A stretch of 64,000 bases of DNA from Cyanobacteriota bacterium (GTDB lineage Bacteria; Cyanobacteriota; Cyanobacteriia; Thermostichales; Thermostichaceae), in NCBI GenBank assembly GCA_033764955.1, contig JANRIL010000042.1, positions 132,205-196,204 on the forward strand. Reading direction: 5' to 3'. The notes under the pieces were generated by a model. That model ran no database searches, was not told the origin of the DNA, and saw only the letters and a program-made list of their open reading frames with translations. The first letter of the stretch is position 1; each line of letters opens with the position of its first letter. Positions 1 through 10,656 of this stretch are shown here, piece by piece. The translations under genes were made by a program, and so were the position numbers.

Positions 1-22
1 CTGGCAAAAGGTTCTCCAATCG

Positions 23-1219
23 ATGTTGTCCAATCCTTTGGCTTCTCCGCCATTGCTGATCCCAGAGACTCCGGTGGCCTTGGCGGAAATGGTTAGCTAT
101 GCGGCGGAACGGCAGTGGCGATTGCTGCCCGCCGGACAGGGATCCAAACTCACTTGGGGATCCGTAATTCCTGAGGTGGATGCGGTGGTCAGCACCCAAA
201 AACTCAACCGCTTGCTGGCTCATGCCGCCAGTGATCTGACAGCAACGGTGCAGGCCGGACTCAAACTGGTGGATTTGCAAGCAACCCTGGCGGGATCCGG
301 ACAGTTTTGGCCTGTGGATCCCCTCTTTCCCGATCAGGCCACAGTGGGGGGGATCCTAGCAACGGGGGATGCCGGATCGTGGCGACAGCGCTATGGGGGG
401 ATCCGCGATCTCGTTTTGGGGGTGACCTTTGTCCGCGCCGATGGACAGTCGGTGAAAGCCGGAGGACGGGTGGTAAAAAATGTGGCTGGCTACGATCTGA
501 TGAAGTTGCTGACGGGATCCCACGGTACGCTGGGGATGGTGACGGAAATGCACCTGCGCCTCTATCCGTTACCGGCTTGCCGTCAATATCTGCTCATGCA
601 AGGATCGGCTGAGGATCTCCCTTGCTTGGCGGAATTGGTTCATCAGGTGATGGCGGCAGGATTGTATCCGACAACCTTGGATGGGCTAGTCGAACCCGCT
701 TGGGGATCCCAGCCGTTGGGGGTGCTGCTGGAGTGGCATGGTAGCCAGGGGGCGGTGACCGAGCAGGTGGAACAGGTGCAGCAATGGGGATCCCAACAGG
801 GGCTGACCGCTGATCTTTTCTTGCCTGCGGATCCGCTAATTGAGGATCTTTATCGTGGGTTTTCCGACAGTCAGGCGATTTTGCTAAAGTTGGCCGTTCC
901 CCCCCAGCAGGCCATGTCAACCCTTGCCGCCATTCAGCAAACCTGCCCCCAGAGTCGGGTACAAATCCATTTGGGGAGTGGCTTAGGGCGCTGCCAACTG
1001 CCTGTAGCCGGAACAACGGCGGCTGAGATCGAGCAACTGCGCGGGATGGTTGAGGCAACGGGGGGCTTTCTGACGGTGCTTCAGGCTCCCCTTGCCCTTA
1101 AACTTCAGGTAGAAGTCTGGGGCTATCGGGGCAACGCCTTGGCCTTGATGCAACAGGTGCGGCAGCAGTTTGATCCGCAAGGGCGATGGGTTCGACCGTT
1201 TCTAGGATCCCGGTGCTAG
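23..1219 (+). CDS. glcE: Glycolate oxidase FAD-binding subunit
   Basis: FAD-binding PCMH motifs 'ATVGGILATG', 'RDLVLG...GGRVVKNVAGYDLMKLLTGSHGTLG' and C-terminal 'FDPQG'. Confidence 0.85.
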   Translation: MLSNPLASPPLLIPETPVALAEMVSYAAERQWRLLPAGQGSKLTWGSVIPEVDAVVSTQKLNRLLAHAASDLTATVQAGLKLVDLQATLAGSGQFWPVDPLFPDQATVGGILATGDAGSWRQRYGGIRDLVLGVTFVRADGQSVKAGGRVVKNVAGYDLMKLLTGSHGTLGMVTEMHLRLYPLPACRQYLLMQGSAEDLPCLAELVHQVMAAGLYPTTLDGLVEPAWGSQPLGVLLEWHGSQGAVTEQVEQVQQWGSQQGLTADLFLPADPLIEDLYRGFSDSQAILLKLAVPPQQAMSTLAAIQQTCPQSRVQIHLGSGLGRCQLPVAGTTAAEIEQLRGMVEATGGFLTVLQAPLALKLQVEVWGYRGNALALMQQVRQQFDPQGRWVRPFLGSRC

Positions 1220-1281
1220 CCCCGCTGCCCTAACATTCATCTGACCAATTTTCCCCAGCCTGTTATACACGGGAGTTTGTT

Positions 1282-3603
1282 GTGACCTACACCGCCGCCC
1301 AACTCAAAGCCAGAGGACTCACCCCGTCGGAATACCAGATGATTGTCGAGCGCCTGCAACGGGATCCCAATCCCCATGAGCTGGCGATGTTTGGCGTGAT
1401 GTGGTCGGAACATTGTTGCTACAAAAATTCCCGCCCTTTTCTGAAAAACTTTCCTACCCAGGGATCCCGTATTTTGGTAGGACCTGGGGAAAATGCCGGA
1501 GTGGTGGATTTGGGGGATGGGGATCACCTCGCTTTTAAGATCGAATCCCACAACCATCCCTCAGCAGTGGAACCCTTTCAGGGGGCGGCTACAGGTGTGG
1601 GAGGTATCTTGCGGGATATCTTCACGATGGGGGCACGCCCAATCGCCCTTCTCAATTCGCTGCGGTTTGGATCCCTGCAGCAACCCCGTCAGCAACAGCT
1701 TCTGGCCGGAGTCGTCAGTGGCATCGCCCACTACGGCAACTGTGCAGGGATCCCAACGGTGGGGGGAGAAATGGCGGTGGATGCTTGTTATGGGGGCAAC
1801 CCGTTGGTCAATGTTATGGCACTAGGGTTGATGGAAACCCCAACCATCATCAAGTCAGGAGCCGCCGGAGTGGGCAATCCTGTCTTGTATGTCGGATCCA
1901 CGACGGGGCGGGATGGCATGGGGGGAGCCAGTTTTGCCAGTGCGGAGCTAAGCGCCGACTCGCAGCAGGATCGGCCTGCCGTACAGGTGGGGGATCCCTT
2001 TTTGGGCAAATGCTTAATCGAAGCCTGCCTGGAGGCTTTTCAGACGGGGGCGGTGGTGGCGGCGCAAGACATGGGGGCGGCAGGGATTACCTGTTCCACC
2101 TCCGAGATGGCGGCGCGGGGGGGGCTAGGCATCACCTTTGACCTCGACCGCGTTCCGGTGCGGGAAACGGGGATGCAGCCGTGGGAGTTTTTGCTCTCAG
2201 AATCTCAGGAACGGATGTTGTTGGTGGCGCAGGCTGGACGGGAAGGGGAGCTAATCGACATCTTTCACCGCTGGGGTTTACAGGCGGTGGTGGCTGGAGA
2301 GGTGATAGCGGAACCGATGGTGCGGATTTGGCATCAGGGATCCATCGCGGCGGAAATTCCGGCTACGGCACTGGCGGACAACACCCCCGTCTATCACCGC
2401 CCAATTCTATCTGAACCACCCGACTATATTCAAAAAGCGTGGCAATGGGATCCCGACCACTTACCATCTGCCTCTCCCTCAGGAATAACCTTGCCCGATG
2501 GACACAACTCCTGGAGCGACATTTTATTGAAACTACTGGCTAGCCCCACCATTGCCTCCAAACAATGGATCTATCGACAATATGACCAACAGGTTCAAAA
2601 CAATACCGTAATCCTGCCGGGGGGAGGCGATGCGGCTGTCCTGCGGATTCGCTCCTCCACAATAGGGGTGGGATCCGTCCCCGTTCAACTCTCTTCCCCC
2701 AGCAAAGCGGTTGCCGCTACCCTGGATGGCAACGGTCGCTGGGTTTATCTGGATCCCTATGAAGGAGCCAAAGCTGCCGTTGCCGAAGCCGCTCGTAACC
2801 TGAGTTGCGTCGGCTCTGAGCCACTGGCGGTCACCGATAACCTCAACTTTGGCAACCCCGAACATGCCGTGGTCTATTGGCAATTGGCGGAAGCCTGCCG
2901 AGGCATTGCCGACGCCTGCCGCGCCTTGGGCACCCCCATCACGGGCGGCAATGTTTCCCTCTACAACGAAACCCTCACCGAACAGGGATCCCAAGCTATC
3001 TATCCCACTCCGGTGATCGGGATGGTGGGGCTAATCGAAAATCTCGACCATATCTGTGGACAGGCCTGGCAGGCGGTGGGGGATGCCATCTACCTCTTGG
3101 GGGGAGGAGCCACCTCCCTGGGAGGATCTGAATATCTAGCCCTCATCCATCAACAGGTGATGGGGCGACCGGCTCCTGTCGATCTGGATTTAGAGGGACG
3201 CATCCAACGTTTTTGTCGCCACCAGATCCAAGCGGGGATGATTCGCTCAGCCCATGACTGTAGTGAGGGAGGATTAGCGGTGGTGCTGGCGGAAGCCTGC
3301 CTCGGATCCAATTTGGGAGCCAGCCTGACCCTACCCGCCAACCCACAGCGCCGCTGGGATGAAATCTTATTTGGGGAAGGGGGATGTCGCATTGTGGTCA
3401 CCTGTCCTGCTCCTCAGCAGCTCGCTTGGCAACAAACGCTAGAGCAGCATTTGGGTCAAGATTGGTGCTACCTGGGATCCGTAACCCCTGCTAGCCAAGG
3501 ACTAACCATTCAAGAGGAAGCGGGATCCCCTCTGATTGCCCTTTCGCTCGCACAGTTGCAGCAGGCGTTTGAGTTAGATTACGGAGGAAATCAACACCCT
3601 TGA
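1282..3603 (+). CDS. purL: Phosphoribosylformylglycinamidine synthase subunit PurL
   Basis: '[11 protein letters not shown]', '[29 protein letters not shown]', 'QDMGAAG', '[11 protein letters not shown]'. Confidence 0.97.
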   Translation: MTYTAAQLKARGLTPSEYQMIVERLQRDPNPHELAMFGVMWSEHCCYKNSRPFLKNFPTQGSRILVGPGENAGVVDLGDGDHLAFKIESHNHPSAVEPFQGAATGVGGILRDIFTMGARPIALLNSLRFGSLQQPRQQQLLAGVVSGIAHYGNCAGIPTVGGEMAVDACYGGNPLVNVMALGLMETPTIIKSGAAGVGNPVLYVGSTTGRDGMGGASFASAELSADSQQDRPAVQVGDPFLGKCLIEACLEAFQTGAVVAAQDMGAAGITCSTSEMAARGGLGITFDLDRVPVRETGMQPWEFLLSESQERMLLVAQAGREGELIDIFHRWGLQAVVAGEVIAEPMVRIWHQGSIAAEIPATALADNTPVYHRPILSEPPDYIQKAWQWDPDHLPSASPSGITLPDGHNSWSDILLKLLASPTIASKQWIYRQYDQQVQNNTVILPGGGDAAVLRIRSSTIGVGSVPVQLSSPSKAVAATLDGNGRWVYLDPYEGAKAAVAEAARNLSCVGSEPLAVTDNLNFGNPEHAVVYWQLAEACRGIADACRALGTPITGGNVSLYNETLTEQGSQAIYPTPVIGMVGLIENLDHICGQAWQAVGDAIYLLGGGATSLGGSEYLALIHQQVMGRPAPVDLDLEGRIQRFCRHQIQAGMIRSAHDCSEGGLAVVLAEACLGSNLGASLTLPANPQRRWDEILFGEGGCRIVVTCPAPQQLAWQQTLEQHLGQDWCYLGSVTPASQGLTIQEEAGSPLIALSLAQLQQAFELDYGGNQHP

Positions 3604-3860
3604 AGGATGGCTTTAACCTGGGTGTTGCTGAATGAAGTATGAATCGGGCTGGGAGTCGGATATCCCAAAATCCGAGATAGCGAATCAAAGAAGTTGGGTC
3701 GTCCTATGCAAGTCATGCTGCATTTTAGTGACACAAGAAATTGCAGATTATGCCAGAGCATGGTTTCCCCACCTCTGGACGTAAGGATAGAGTTTTTCCC
3801 ACTAGCCTTGCGATCCCTTACCTAAGCGTATTCCCCCATCGTTCTATCGGATGGTTGGGG

Positions 3861-4655
3861 TTACGGTTTGAGGGCATCCACTTCTAATCTGACCATGCGG
3901 ACATGGGCGAGTCCCTGGGGATCAAGAGGAATGCGTTCTAAGTACATTTCTACAAACTGACTAATAAAATCATTTCGCGCCCTTTCCGGTAGGCGGTGGG
4001 TAAAAGGCATCCAGGTTGTGCGGATCCAACTGGCTAGCCCTGCTTTACCCAAATGGGTCATATCTTTGGGCACTAATTCGAGTCGTTCAATGGTGAAGCC
4101 AGCATCCTCCAACCACAGCCTATAGTCTCGATCTCCATAAAAAAAGTAGGGGTTAGAGAAGCTATCAAAATAGGGATCCCAGGACTGGCTAGCGATCAGT
4201 TCCGCAAAAACTTGCAAAATATCTTCGGCATTTCCCTGACCACCGCAAGAAATCACTAACCGACCCCCACAGCGCAAGGCTCGACTAGCCCCGTTTAGGA
4301 AAGCCGGATGATGATCTACCCAGTGAAGGGTTGCATTTGAAAAACATAAATCAAATTCATCGGTAAACCTAAGGGAACGGGCATCAACACAAGCAAATGT
4401 GAGATTGGGATATTGTGTTGTCGGATAGGTACGGCTGGCATAAGCAATCATTTCTGGAGAACTATCCACCCCAACCACGCGCCCCCTTGATAAAGCGGTG
4501 GAGAAATCAGCCGTAATCTTTCCGTCTCCACAGCCAACATCTAATATCGATTCATCCCCATACCAATGAAGTTTGTGTTGAAGTTTCTCTTTTAGCTCCC
4601 TTGCCCACCGCAATTGGGCATCTGAACTTTTGGCATAGTCTTCGGGATCCCACAT
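3861..4655 (-). CDS. Class I SAM-dependent methyltransferase (trans-aconitate methyltransferase-like)
   Basis: 'ILDVGCGDG', 'VVGVDSSPEM', 'FDLCFSNATLHWV'. Confidence 0.85.
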   Translation of the reverse strand: MWDPEDYAKSSDAQLRWARELKEKLQHKLHWYGDESILDVGCGDGKITADFSTALSRGRVVGVDSSPEMIAYASRTYPTTQYPNLTFACVDARSLRFTDEFDLCFSNATLHWVDHHPAFLNGASRALRCGGRLVISCGGQGNAEDILQVFAELIASQSWDPYFDSFSNPYFFYGDRDYRLWLEDAGFTIERLELVPKDMTHLGKAGLASWIRTTWMPFTHRLPERARNDFISQFVEMYLERIPLDPQGLAHVRMVRLEVDALKP

Positions 4656-4831
4656 GGCGATTTACCTAACCAGACACTGTTGAAATCACTTGGAATCACT
4701 GCCACTACTCAGACAGCCCAACCAGTCTTCTAAGTTTTATCTTGTCTGTGGGTGGAGGATTTGGGAATGTGGTTAAGGGATGTCCCTCTAATCCAAAAAG
4801 ACTAGACTTGTTGTTTCCAAACTTGCCGTCT

Positions 4832-5872
4832 ATGGATGAGCCTTTTCAGTTTGCTTATTGCTACTACGAACGTCCCTTTCGTCAGCCCCTAGCCACTCAT
4901 CACGGTGATTGGTCTCTCCGCCAAAGTCTCTTGATTCGGTTGCAGGATCAGCAGGGCAGAGTAGGGTATGGAGAAATTGCCCCCGTGGCTTGGTTTGGCT
5001 CAGAAACCCTTGATCAGGCTCTAGCGTTTTGTCGGCAACTGCCCTCTAGCCTGACCCAGTCCATCATTCAAGGGATCCCCAATCACCTGCCTGCCTGCCA
5101 ATTTGGCCTAGAGTCGGCTTGGGTTGGTCTGAGGGACGCATCGGTTCACGCCAGCATCGGTTCTGCCCTCTCCCCGCAAGCTGCCCCTCCGATCCGCGTC
5201 AGTGGTTTGTTGCCAGCGGGGGAGGCGGCTTTGACAGCTTGGCAACCCCTTTGGCAACGGGGATATCGCACATTTAAGTGGAAAATTGCCGTTGAAGCCT
5301 TGGAAAAAGAGCAACACCTCTGTCAAGAGCTATCCCAGCAGTTGCCCAGATCCGCTCACCTGCGTTTAGATGCCAATGGAGGATTAACCCTTGCCCAGGC
5401 TAAACAGTGGCTAGTGTTGGCGGATCGGCTAGCAATCGAGTTTTTGGAACAGCCCTTGCCTGGGCATGAATTTTCTTCTCTGCAGCAACTCAGCCAACAA
5501 TTTATCACTCCCATCGCCCTTGACGAATCGGTGGCTAACCTTCGTCAGCTTCAGGACTGCTATCAAGCCGGATGGTCAGGAATATTTGTGATTAAGCCCA
5601 GCATTATCGGATCCCTGCTATCGTTACAATTATTTCTCAGACAGCATCAACTGGATATTGTGATTTCTTCTGTTTTCGAGTCGCCGATTGGTCTATTTCA
5701 CTGTCTACAACTGACCAAAGCGTTCGCGCCAACGAGAGCTTGTGGTTTGGGGATTGAGGATTTTTTGGATAGGGATCCCGATTGCCCTAATCTATGGCGA
5801 GCGGATTGGCGAGAAATGCAACCCTATTTTGATCGCCTATGGAACCAATGGTCAACCCAATTCCCTCTTTAG
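4832..5872 (+). CDS. menC: o-succinylbenzoate synthase (start set at ATG 4832)
   Basis: Enolase-superfamily motifs 'TFKWKI', 'LRLDANGG', 'EFLEQPL', 'IALDES'; lies in men cluster. Confidence 0.9.
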   Translation: MDEPFQFAYCYYERPFRQPLATHHGDWSLRQSLLIRLQDQQGRVGYGEIAPVAWFGSETLDQALAFCRQLPSSLTQSIIQGIPNHLPACQFGLESAWVGLRDASVHASIGSALSPQAAPPIRVSGLLPAGEAALTAWQPLWQRGYRTFKWKIAVEALEKEQHLCQELSQQLPRSAHLRLDANGGLTLAQAKQWLVLADRLAIEFLEQPLPGHEFSSLQQLSQQFITPIALDESVANLRQLQDCYQAGWSGIFVIKPSIIGSLLSLQLFLRQHQLDIVISSVFESPIGLFHCLQLTKAFAPTRACGLGIEDFLDRDPDCPNLWRADWREMQPYFDRLWNQWSTQFPL

Positions 5873-7230
5873 TTGACTGGGATGTATTGGAATGCAAAGT
5901 TACCGAATATAGATGCTTGCTGGCAAATTTGATTGATCAAACTTTGCCCTGTTTGTTAATTATTGAGAAAGATCCCCATCATTTTTTGGCAGCTTTTTTA
6001 GCTGCCCAATCGCTATCATTGCCCATTTGCTTGGGAAATCCAGGCTGGAAAAAGCCAGAGCTAGATTTGGTCTTAGAACAGATTCGCCCCCGATGGTTAT
6101 GGCGAGATCAACAATGTTTTGCTACTGAGTCACTCTACTCAATACAGACCCCAAGTGGGTCGATTGGGGATCCCTTTCCGGATCCCACAGGCTGGATTTT
6201 GATCCCAACGGGTGGATCTTCGGGTCAACTGCGATTTGCTATCCATACCAGGCAAACATTATCCGCCGCTGTAGCAGGATTTCGAGATTTTTTTCAGGCG
6301 CAAGTTATTCATGCTGTGTGTGTGTTACCGCTTTATCATGTGAGTGGTTTGATGCAGTTTTGGCGATGTTATTTGACAAAGGGAAATTTTATTGTCACCC
6401 CTTGGAAAGAACTAGAAGCAGGCAAAATTCCTTTGCTGGATCCCAGTCACTTTTTTTTATCTCTGGTTCCTACCCAATTGGCTCGTCTCTTGAAACATCA
6501 GGATTTACTAGCTTGGCTCCAATCATTCCGAGCTATTTTATTGGGTGGTGCACCCGCTTGGGCTGAACTGCTCTCGGAAGCCCGTATGCAAGGGATCCCT
6601 TTAGCCCCCACCTATGGTATGACCGAGACGGCTGCCCAAATTTGCACACTCAAGCCAGAGTTTTTTTTAGCCGGAAAAAGCGGAGTGGGTCAGCCTCTTT
6701 CTCATGCAAATATCACTATTTTGAATGAACACAACCAACTGGTTTCTGCTCAAGAAATAGGACGAATTCACATTCAGACGAACTCACTTGCCTTGGGGTA
6801 TTTCCCTCATCCCTGGCTCACCCACAAGGCTTTCACATCAGGAGATTTAGGTTATTGGGATCCCCAAGGATTTTTACATATTGTTGGGCGAGTGGATGAT
6901 TGTCTGATCAGTGGGGGAGAAAAGGTGATGGCTAGCGAAGTTGAGGCGGTGATTCGAGCCAGTGGATATGTCGAGGATATTGCTATTGTAGGTATAGGGG
7001 ATCCCGAATGGGGAGATCTTTTGGTTGCCATTTATGTTCCTAAAGCAAAAGATTTTATTCTCATGGAACTACAAGACCATTTACGCCAACACTTGAGTGC
7101 CCACAAACAACCCAAACGCTGGATGGCAACCCCGTATATTCCTAGAAATCCTCAAGGAAAAATCAATCGTCCCCATCTGCGGCAGTGGATTGAGTCGTTG
7201 CCTGCTGAGTCGATTGGATCCAATCTTTGA
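5839..7230 (+). CDS. menE: 2-succinylbenzoate-CoA ligase
   Basis: Adenylate-forming motifs 'IPTGGSSG', 'PTYGMTET', 'GDLG', 'ISGGEKV'; overlaps menC. Confidence 0.9.
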   Translation: MEPMVNPIPSLVDWDVLECKVTEYRCLLANLIDQTLPCLLIIEKDPHHFLAAFLAAQSLSLPICLGNPGWKKPELDLVLEQIRPRWLWRDQQCFATESLYSIQTPSGSIGDPFPDPTGWILIPTGGSSGQLRFAIHTRQTLSAAVAGFRDFFQAQVIHAVCVLPLYHVSGLMQFWRCYLTKGNFIVTPWKELEAGKIPLLDPSHFFLSLVPTQLARLLKHQDLLAWLQSFRAILLGGAPAWAELLSEARMQGIPLAPTYGMTETAAQICTLKPEFFLAGKSGVGQPLSHANITILNEHNQLVSAQEIGRIHIQTNSLALGYFPHPWLTHKAFTSGDLGYWDPQGFLHIVGRVDDCLISGGEKVMASEVEAVIRASGYVEDIAIVGIGDPEWGDLLVAIYVPKAKDFILMELQDHLRQHLSAHKQPKRWMATPYIPRNPQGKINRPHLRQWIESLPAESIGSNL

Positions 7231-7612
7231 GGTGAATGGGTAAAGCCTGCTGCTGACGAGAATCTCGTTCTAGGCAAACATGACGAGTTTTGGCTTGGCT
7301 AACCAATCGCTGAGGATCCCTGATCAAAAAAACTTGATAGTGATTGACAAACTGGGTCTCAGAAATTGACTCGGCAGTCAATAATACGCGATAGGGATCC
7401 CCACAAAACATCGGCAACCGAAAGTCAATCTGGGCTTCTGCTATGGGGAAAATCAGTGAATTTGCCGCAAAGAAAGAGCGGATAGGGATGCCAAAGTCCA
7501 CCAGGGATTTTTCATAGGCTGCGTGGCAAAAATTAAGCACATTTACAAAATAAACTACTCCTGCCGCATCCGTATCCTGAAAGTATACCTGATTCTCAAA
7601 AATATAGGCCAT
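7163..7612 (-). CDS. 1,4-dihydroxy-2-naphthoyl-CoA thioesterase (4HBT hotdog fold)
   Basis: 'FQDTDAAGVVYF' motif; men-cluster context. Confidence 0.85.
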   Translation of the reverse strand: MAYIFENQVYFQDTDAAGVVYFVNVLNFCHAAYEKSLVDFGIPIRSFFAANSLIFPIAEAQIDFRLPMFCGDPYRVLLTAESISETQFVNHYQVFLIRDPQRLVSQAKTRHVCLERDSRQQQALPIHLKDWIQSTQQATTQSTAADGDD

Positions 7613-7619
7613 AAACTCG

Positions 7620-8561
7620 TTATAGGCTCGACTTGCTCATCACCATAAATCCTAAACCCAAGCCCAGTCCCACCACAAAATGCAAAGAAACAGCAATAAA
7701 CTTAGAATGACTGATTTGCTCTGGCTGATGGTGATGTCGCAACAATAAGCGATTCAGTTGAATGGCAAAGGGTAAACTTAGCAAGGACGTTAATGTCAAC
7801 AGTGGAAAAACTCGCCCCATCACGAAACTGAGGGTAATCGCATAGATGAACCCACAAATCCAAGGAAGCAGACGGGCAGAACCCTCAGTGCCTAAACGAA
7901 CTACAGGTGAACGTTTTCCGGCGGCACGATCATCCTCTACCTGATGAAAGTGGGAGCAAAATAGAATCAAACTAGTAGAAAGCCCCACAACAATCCCAGC
8001 GGCTAAAGCAACCCACGACCAACGGGAAGTTTGGCTGTAGTAAGCTGCTTCCACTCCTAGGGGGCCAAACGCCAAAAAACAAAGCAGCTCTCCCCAACCC
8101 TGATATCCCCAGCGAAACGGAGGACCTTGATACAGATAACCCAGCCCACACCCTAGGAGTACCAATCCACAAACCACCCAACTTTGCTGAAGCCAGCTAA
8201 TCCAAGCCACCCCCAATACCCCTATCAACAAACATAAATTTCCTATCCAAAAAACCAGCTCAGGCTGACCTGTTAAGTTAACTAATGAATGGGCTTTATT
8301 CTGATCAATACCTGTTTGTGAATCAAAAAAATCATTACTGATATTAGTCCAAGCTAGAATGCAAATAGATGAAAACAAAAACAACCCGAAAATACCTTGA
8401 TGCAGAGCTTGTGTTTCTCGAAAAGCAATGGCAGTTCCTACGCAAATGGGAATAATTGCCACAATATACATAGGCGGCTTAATGGCTGCCAACCATAGCT
8501 TCCCCTGAGTGGGAGAGATAGAAATCGGTTGAAAACTCATGCTCTGATCCTTCATCAGCAA
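7620..8561 (-). CDS. menA: DHNA phytyltransferase (UbiA family)
   Basis: 'WLAAIKPPMY', 'NISNDFFDSQTGID', 'YQGPPFR', 'HFHQVEDDRAAGKRS'. Confidence 0.92.
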   Translation of the reverse strand: MLMKDQSMSFQPISISPTQGKLWLAAIKPPMYIVAIIPICVGTAIAFRETQALHQGIFGLFLFSSICILAWTNISNDFFDSQTGIDQNKAHSLVNLTGQPELVFWIGNLCLLIGVLGVAWISWLQQSWVVCGLVLLGCGLGYLYQGPPFRWGYQGWGELLCFLAFGPLGVEAAYYSQTSRWSWVALAAGIVVGLSTSLILFCSHFHQVEDDRAAGKRSPVVRLGTEGSARLLPWICGFIYAITLSFVMGRVFPLLTLTSLLSLPFAIQLNRLLLRHHHQPEQISHSKFIAVSLHFVVGLGLGLGFMVMSKSSL

Positions 8562-8723
8562 TTTTTTAAGAAATCGTTAAAATCAGTGGTTTCCACAATA
8601 TTCGACAATGAACGGGATGGATTCTCTCCTCTCCAGAGTGCTGACCATTTTACGCTGACTGGGTATGCAGATGAATCCCGCCGGTCAAAACGGATTCCCA
8701 AAGCGGCTCTGCCTGTGTCATCA

Positions 8724-10139
8724 ATGCCCCCTGTTTTGGACTTCCCTTTCGCCTTTGCAGATTGCAAAGATTTGTTGCCTTTGCTGGAGTCGGCTCACCA
8801 TTCGGCGCGGCAACAGGGATCCCCTCATTTGCTTAGTTTTGCTCAGTCTATCCCCGCAGTTGAACCCTTGGCGCTCCTGCAACAGGCGATGGAGAGGGGA
8901 TCCCCTTATTTTTATACCCGTTACCCTTCCGCTCGCCCCCTCACGCTCTTGGGCATCGGCTCCGCCATCACCCTCCGCCCGCAGGGATCCCAACGCTTTC
9001 AGCAGGCTAAGCAGCATATCGCCAACCTGTTGCCCACTCTGATCCAGGCTGGGGATAGTTGGTCGGCCTTAGCCCAGCCCCGCCTCTTTTGCGGATTTCC
9101 TTTTTTTGCCGACGCTCGGTCGCCCCTCCGCTCAACGGGCGGGATTCTGACGTTGCCCCGTTGGCAACTGGCGGCAACCCCCGATGAAACCTACTTGGTC
9201 AGCAATTGGCACATTCATCCCGATCACGACCTAACGCCCCTCCTCGCTCAGGCCACAACATTTTGCCAGGGGCTGCGTACTTTGCCTGTCCAGAACCAGG
9301 GATCCTTGCTCCCCCTGTTGGATTGGCAACTGCCCCCCCACAGTCTTGATGCCTTTCGGCAAGGGATACAAACCGCTCTCCAGCAGATTCACGCGGGATC
9401 CCTTCACAAGGTGGTGCTGGCGCATGCTCTAGATATTCCACTGGAGCAACCCCTCCATCCGATGGCCACCTTGCGGCAATGGCAGAGGCTCTATCCCGAA
9501 TGCTATGTCTTTGCCCTGCAAGCAAGAGCCGGAGCAACGTTTTGGGGAGCTAGCCCTGAGCGGCTGCTGCGGGTCGATCAACAACAGGTATGGATCGATG
9601 CTCTAGCAGGATCCGCCCCCCGTGGTCGGACAGAGGGAGAAGATTTTCGCCTCAAGCAGCATCTCCTGAACAGCCCCAAGGATCAGCATGAACACAGGGT
9701 GGTTGTGCAAGCGATTCAGCAGGCTCTGCTCAACCTAGGAATGGAGTCACCGATTTTGGAGCCACCTCAGATTCTGCAACTCTCCAGTATTCAACATCTG
9801 CAAACCCGTATTCAGGCTGAGATTCCTAGCCATTTGCAGTTGTTGGATCTGCTGGAGGCGCTTCACCCCACCCCCGCCGTGGGGGGAGTACCTACACCTG
9901 TGGCCTGTGACCTGATCCGCCGCCTGGAGCCTTTTGATCGGGGGTTATATGGCGCACCGCTCGGTTGGATCGATCTGCACGGCAACGGCGAGTTTTTTGT
10001 CGGGATCCGCTCGGCTCTCATGCAGCCGCAAAGCCTTCGTCTATACGCAGGGGCAGGGATCGTAGCGGACTCGGATCCCGATCAAGAGGTGGCGGAGGTC
10101 AGCCTTAAGCTAAAAGCCTTGCCATTTTTTTCCAGTTAA
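8724..10139 (+). CDS. menF: Isochorismate synthase (start probably ATG 8724)
   Basis: 'KVVLA', 'GASPERL', 'ALAGSAPRG', 'LHPTPAVGG', 'GIRSAL', 'YAGAGIV'. Confidence 0.93.
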   Translation: MPPVLDFPFAFADCKDLLPLLESAHHSARQQGSPHLLSFAQSIPAVEPLALLQQAMERGSPYFYTRYPSARPLTLLGIGSAITLRPQGSQRFQQAKQHIANLLPTLIQAGDSWSALAQPRLFCGFPFFADARSPLRSTGGILTLPRWQLAATPDETYLVSNWHIHPDHDLTPLLAQATTFCQGLRTLPVQNQGSLLPLLDWQLPPHSLDAFRQGIQTALQQIHAGSLHKVVLAHALDIPLEQPLHPMATLRQWQRLYPECYVFALQARAGATFWGASPERLLRVDQQQVWIDALAGSAPRGRTEGEDFRLKQHLLNSPKDQHEHRVVVQAIQQALLNLGMESPILEPPQILQLSSIQHLQTRIQAEIPSHLQLLDLLEALHPTPAVGGVPTPVACDLIRRLEPFDRGLYGAPLGWIDLHGNGEFFVGIRSALMQPQSLRLYAGAGIVADSDPDQEVAEVSLKLKALPFFSS

Positions 10140-10216
10140 CGATGTCTGCCCTTTGATGTCATGAAACACAACCATCTGAGCAATAAAACCGAGAGACTAT
10201 ACTGATAGCAAAACGA

Positions 10217-10459
10217 ATGGCACAAGCTGCCTTCCTTGATCAAAACTATGGCGGCCTCTTTACGGCAAACCCCTACTATAAACATGGCTGTCGGCTGGGC
10301 TGGATGTTGGATCCCGATGATTATTCCGTCGTGATTTTTGCCCCGCACCAAGAACCTAGTGTTTGTAGAGGCGATTGCCAGCTTTCAACCCTCAGTGGAG
10401 TTCATTTCAACTTCACAGCCGAGCCAATTTTTGCATGGCTAAAAATTGGCAATCGTTAG
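10217..10459 (+). pseudogene. Truncated Uma2-family endonuclease fragment
   Basis: 'KHGCRLGWMLDPDD..V.IF ... PIFAWL' matches the Uma2 C-terminus; the PD...E.S catalytic core is absent. Confidence 0.7.
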
Positions 10460-10579
10460 GGATCCGTAACTGCTGATGGATCCTCCACAAGCTGACTTGG
10501 TTTTGCTGGGGTGCTGTCCATGATGGGGTTCAACGGGTATTTGGTGTCATAGGGCACAACTCATTCCGGTAACCTAGAC

Positions 10580-10601
10580 AAATATATTTTTAGATATATC
10601 T
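10580..10601. promoter_or_regulatory. Tandem palindromes, candidate GntR operator
   Basis: AAATATATTT (10580-10589) and AGATATATCT (10592-10601) lie about 55 nt upstream of an operon that ends in a GntR gene. Confidence 0.45.
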
Positions 10602-10656
10602 TGCCCGATTTCACTCCCTCAAAGCCCTTCTATTCTACATAGAGAGGAATTTCGGA

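Noticed and set aside
8529..8723. N-terminal extension of menF overlapping menA
   Set aside because: It overlaps the divergent menA start and promoter region; ATG 8724 is more plausible.
10460..10656. TPP riboswitch upstream of the THI5/NMT1-like gene
   Set aside because: A GGGGTGC start is present, but the conserved CTGAGA and downstream ACCTGA/AGGGA elements are not.
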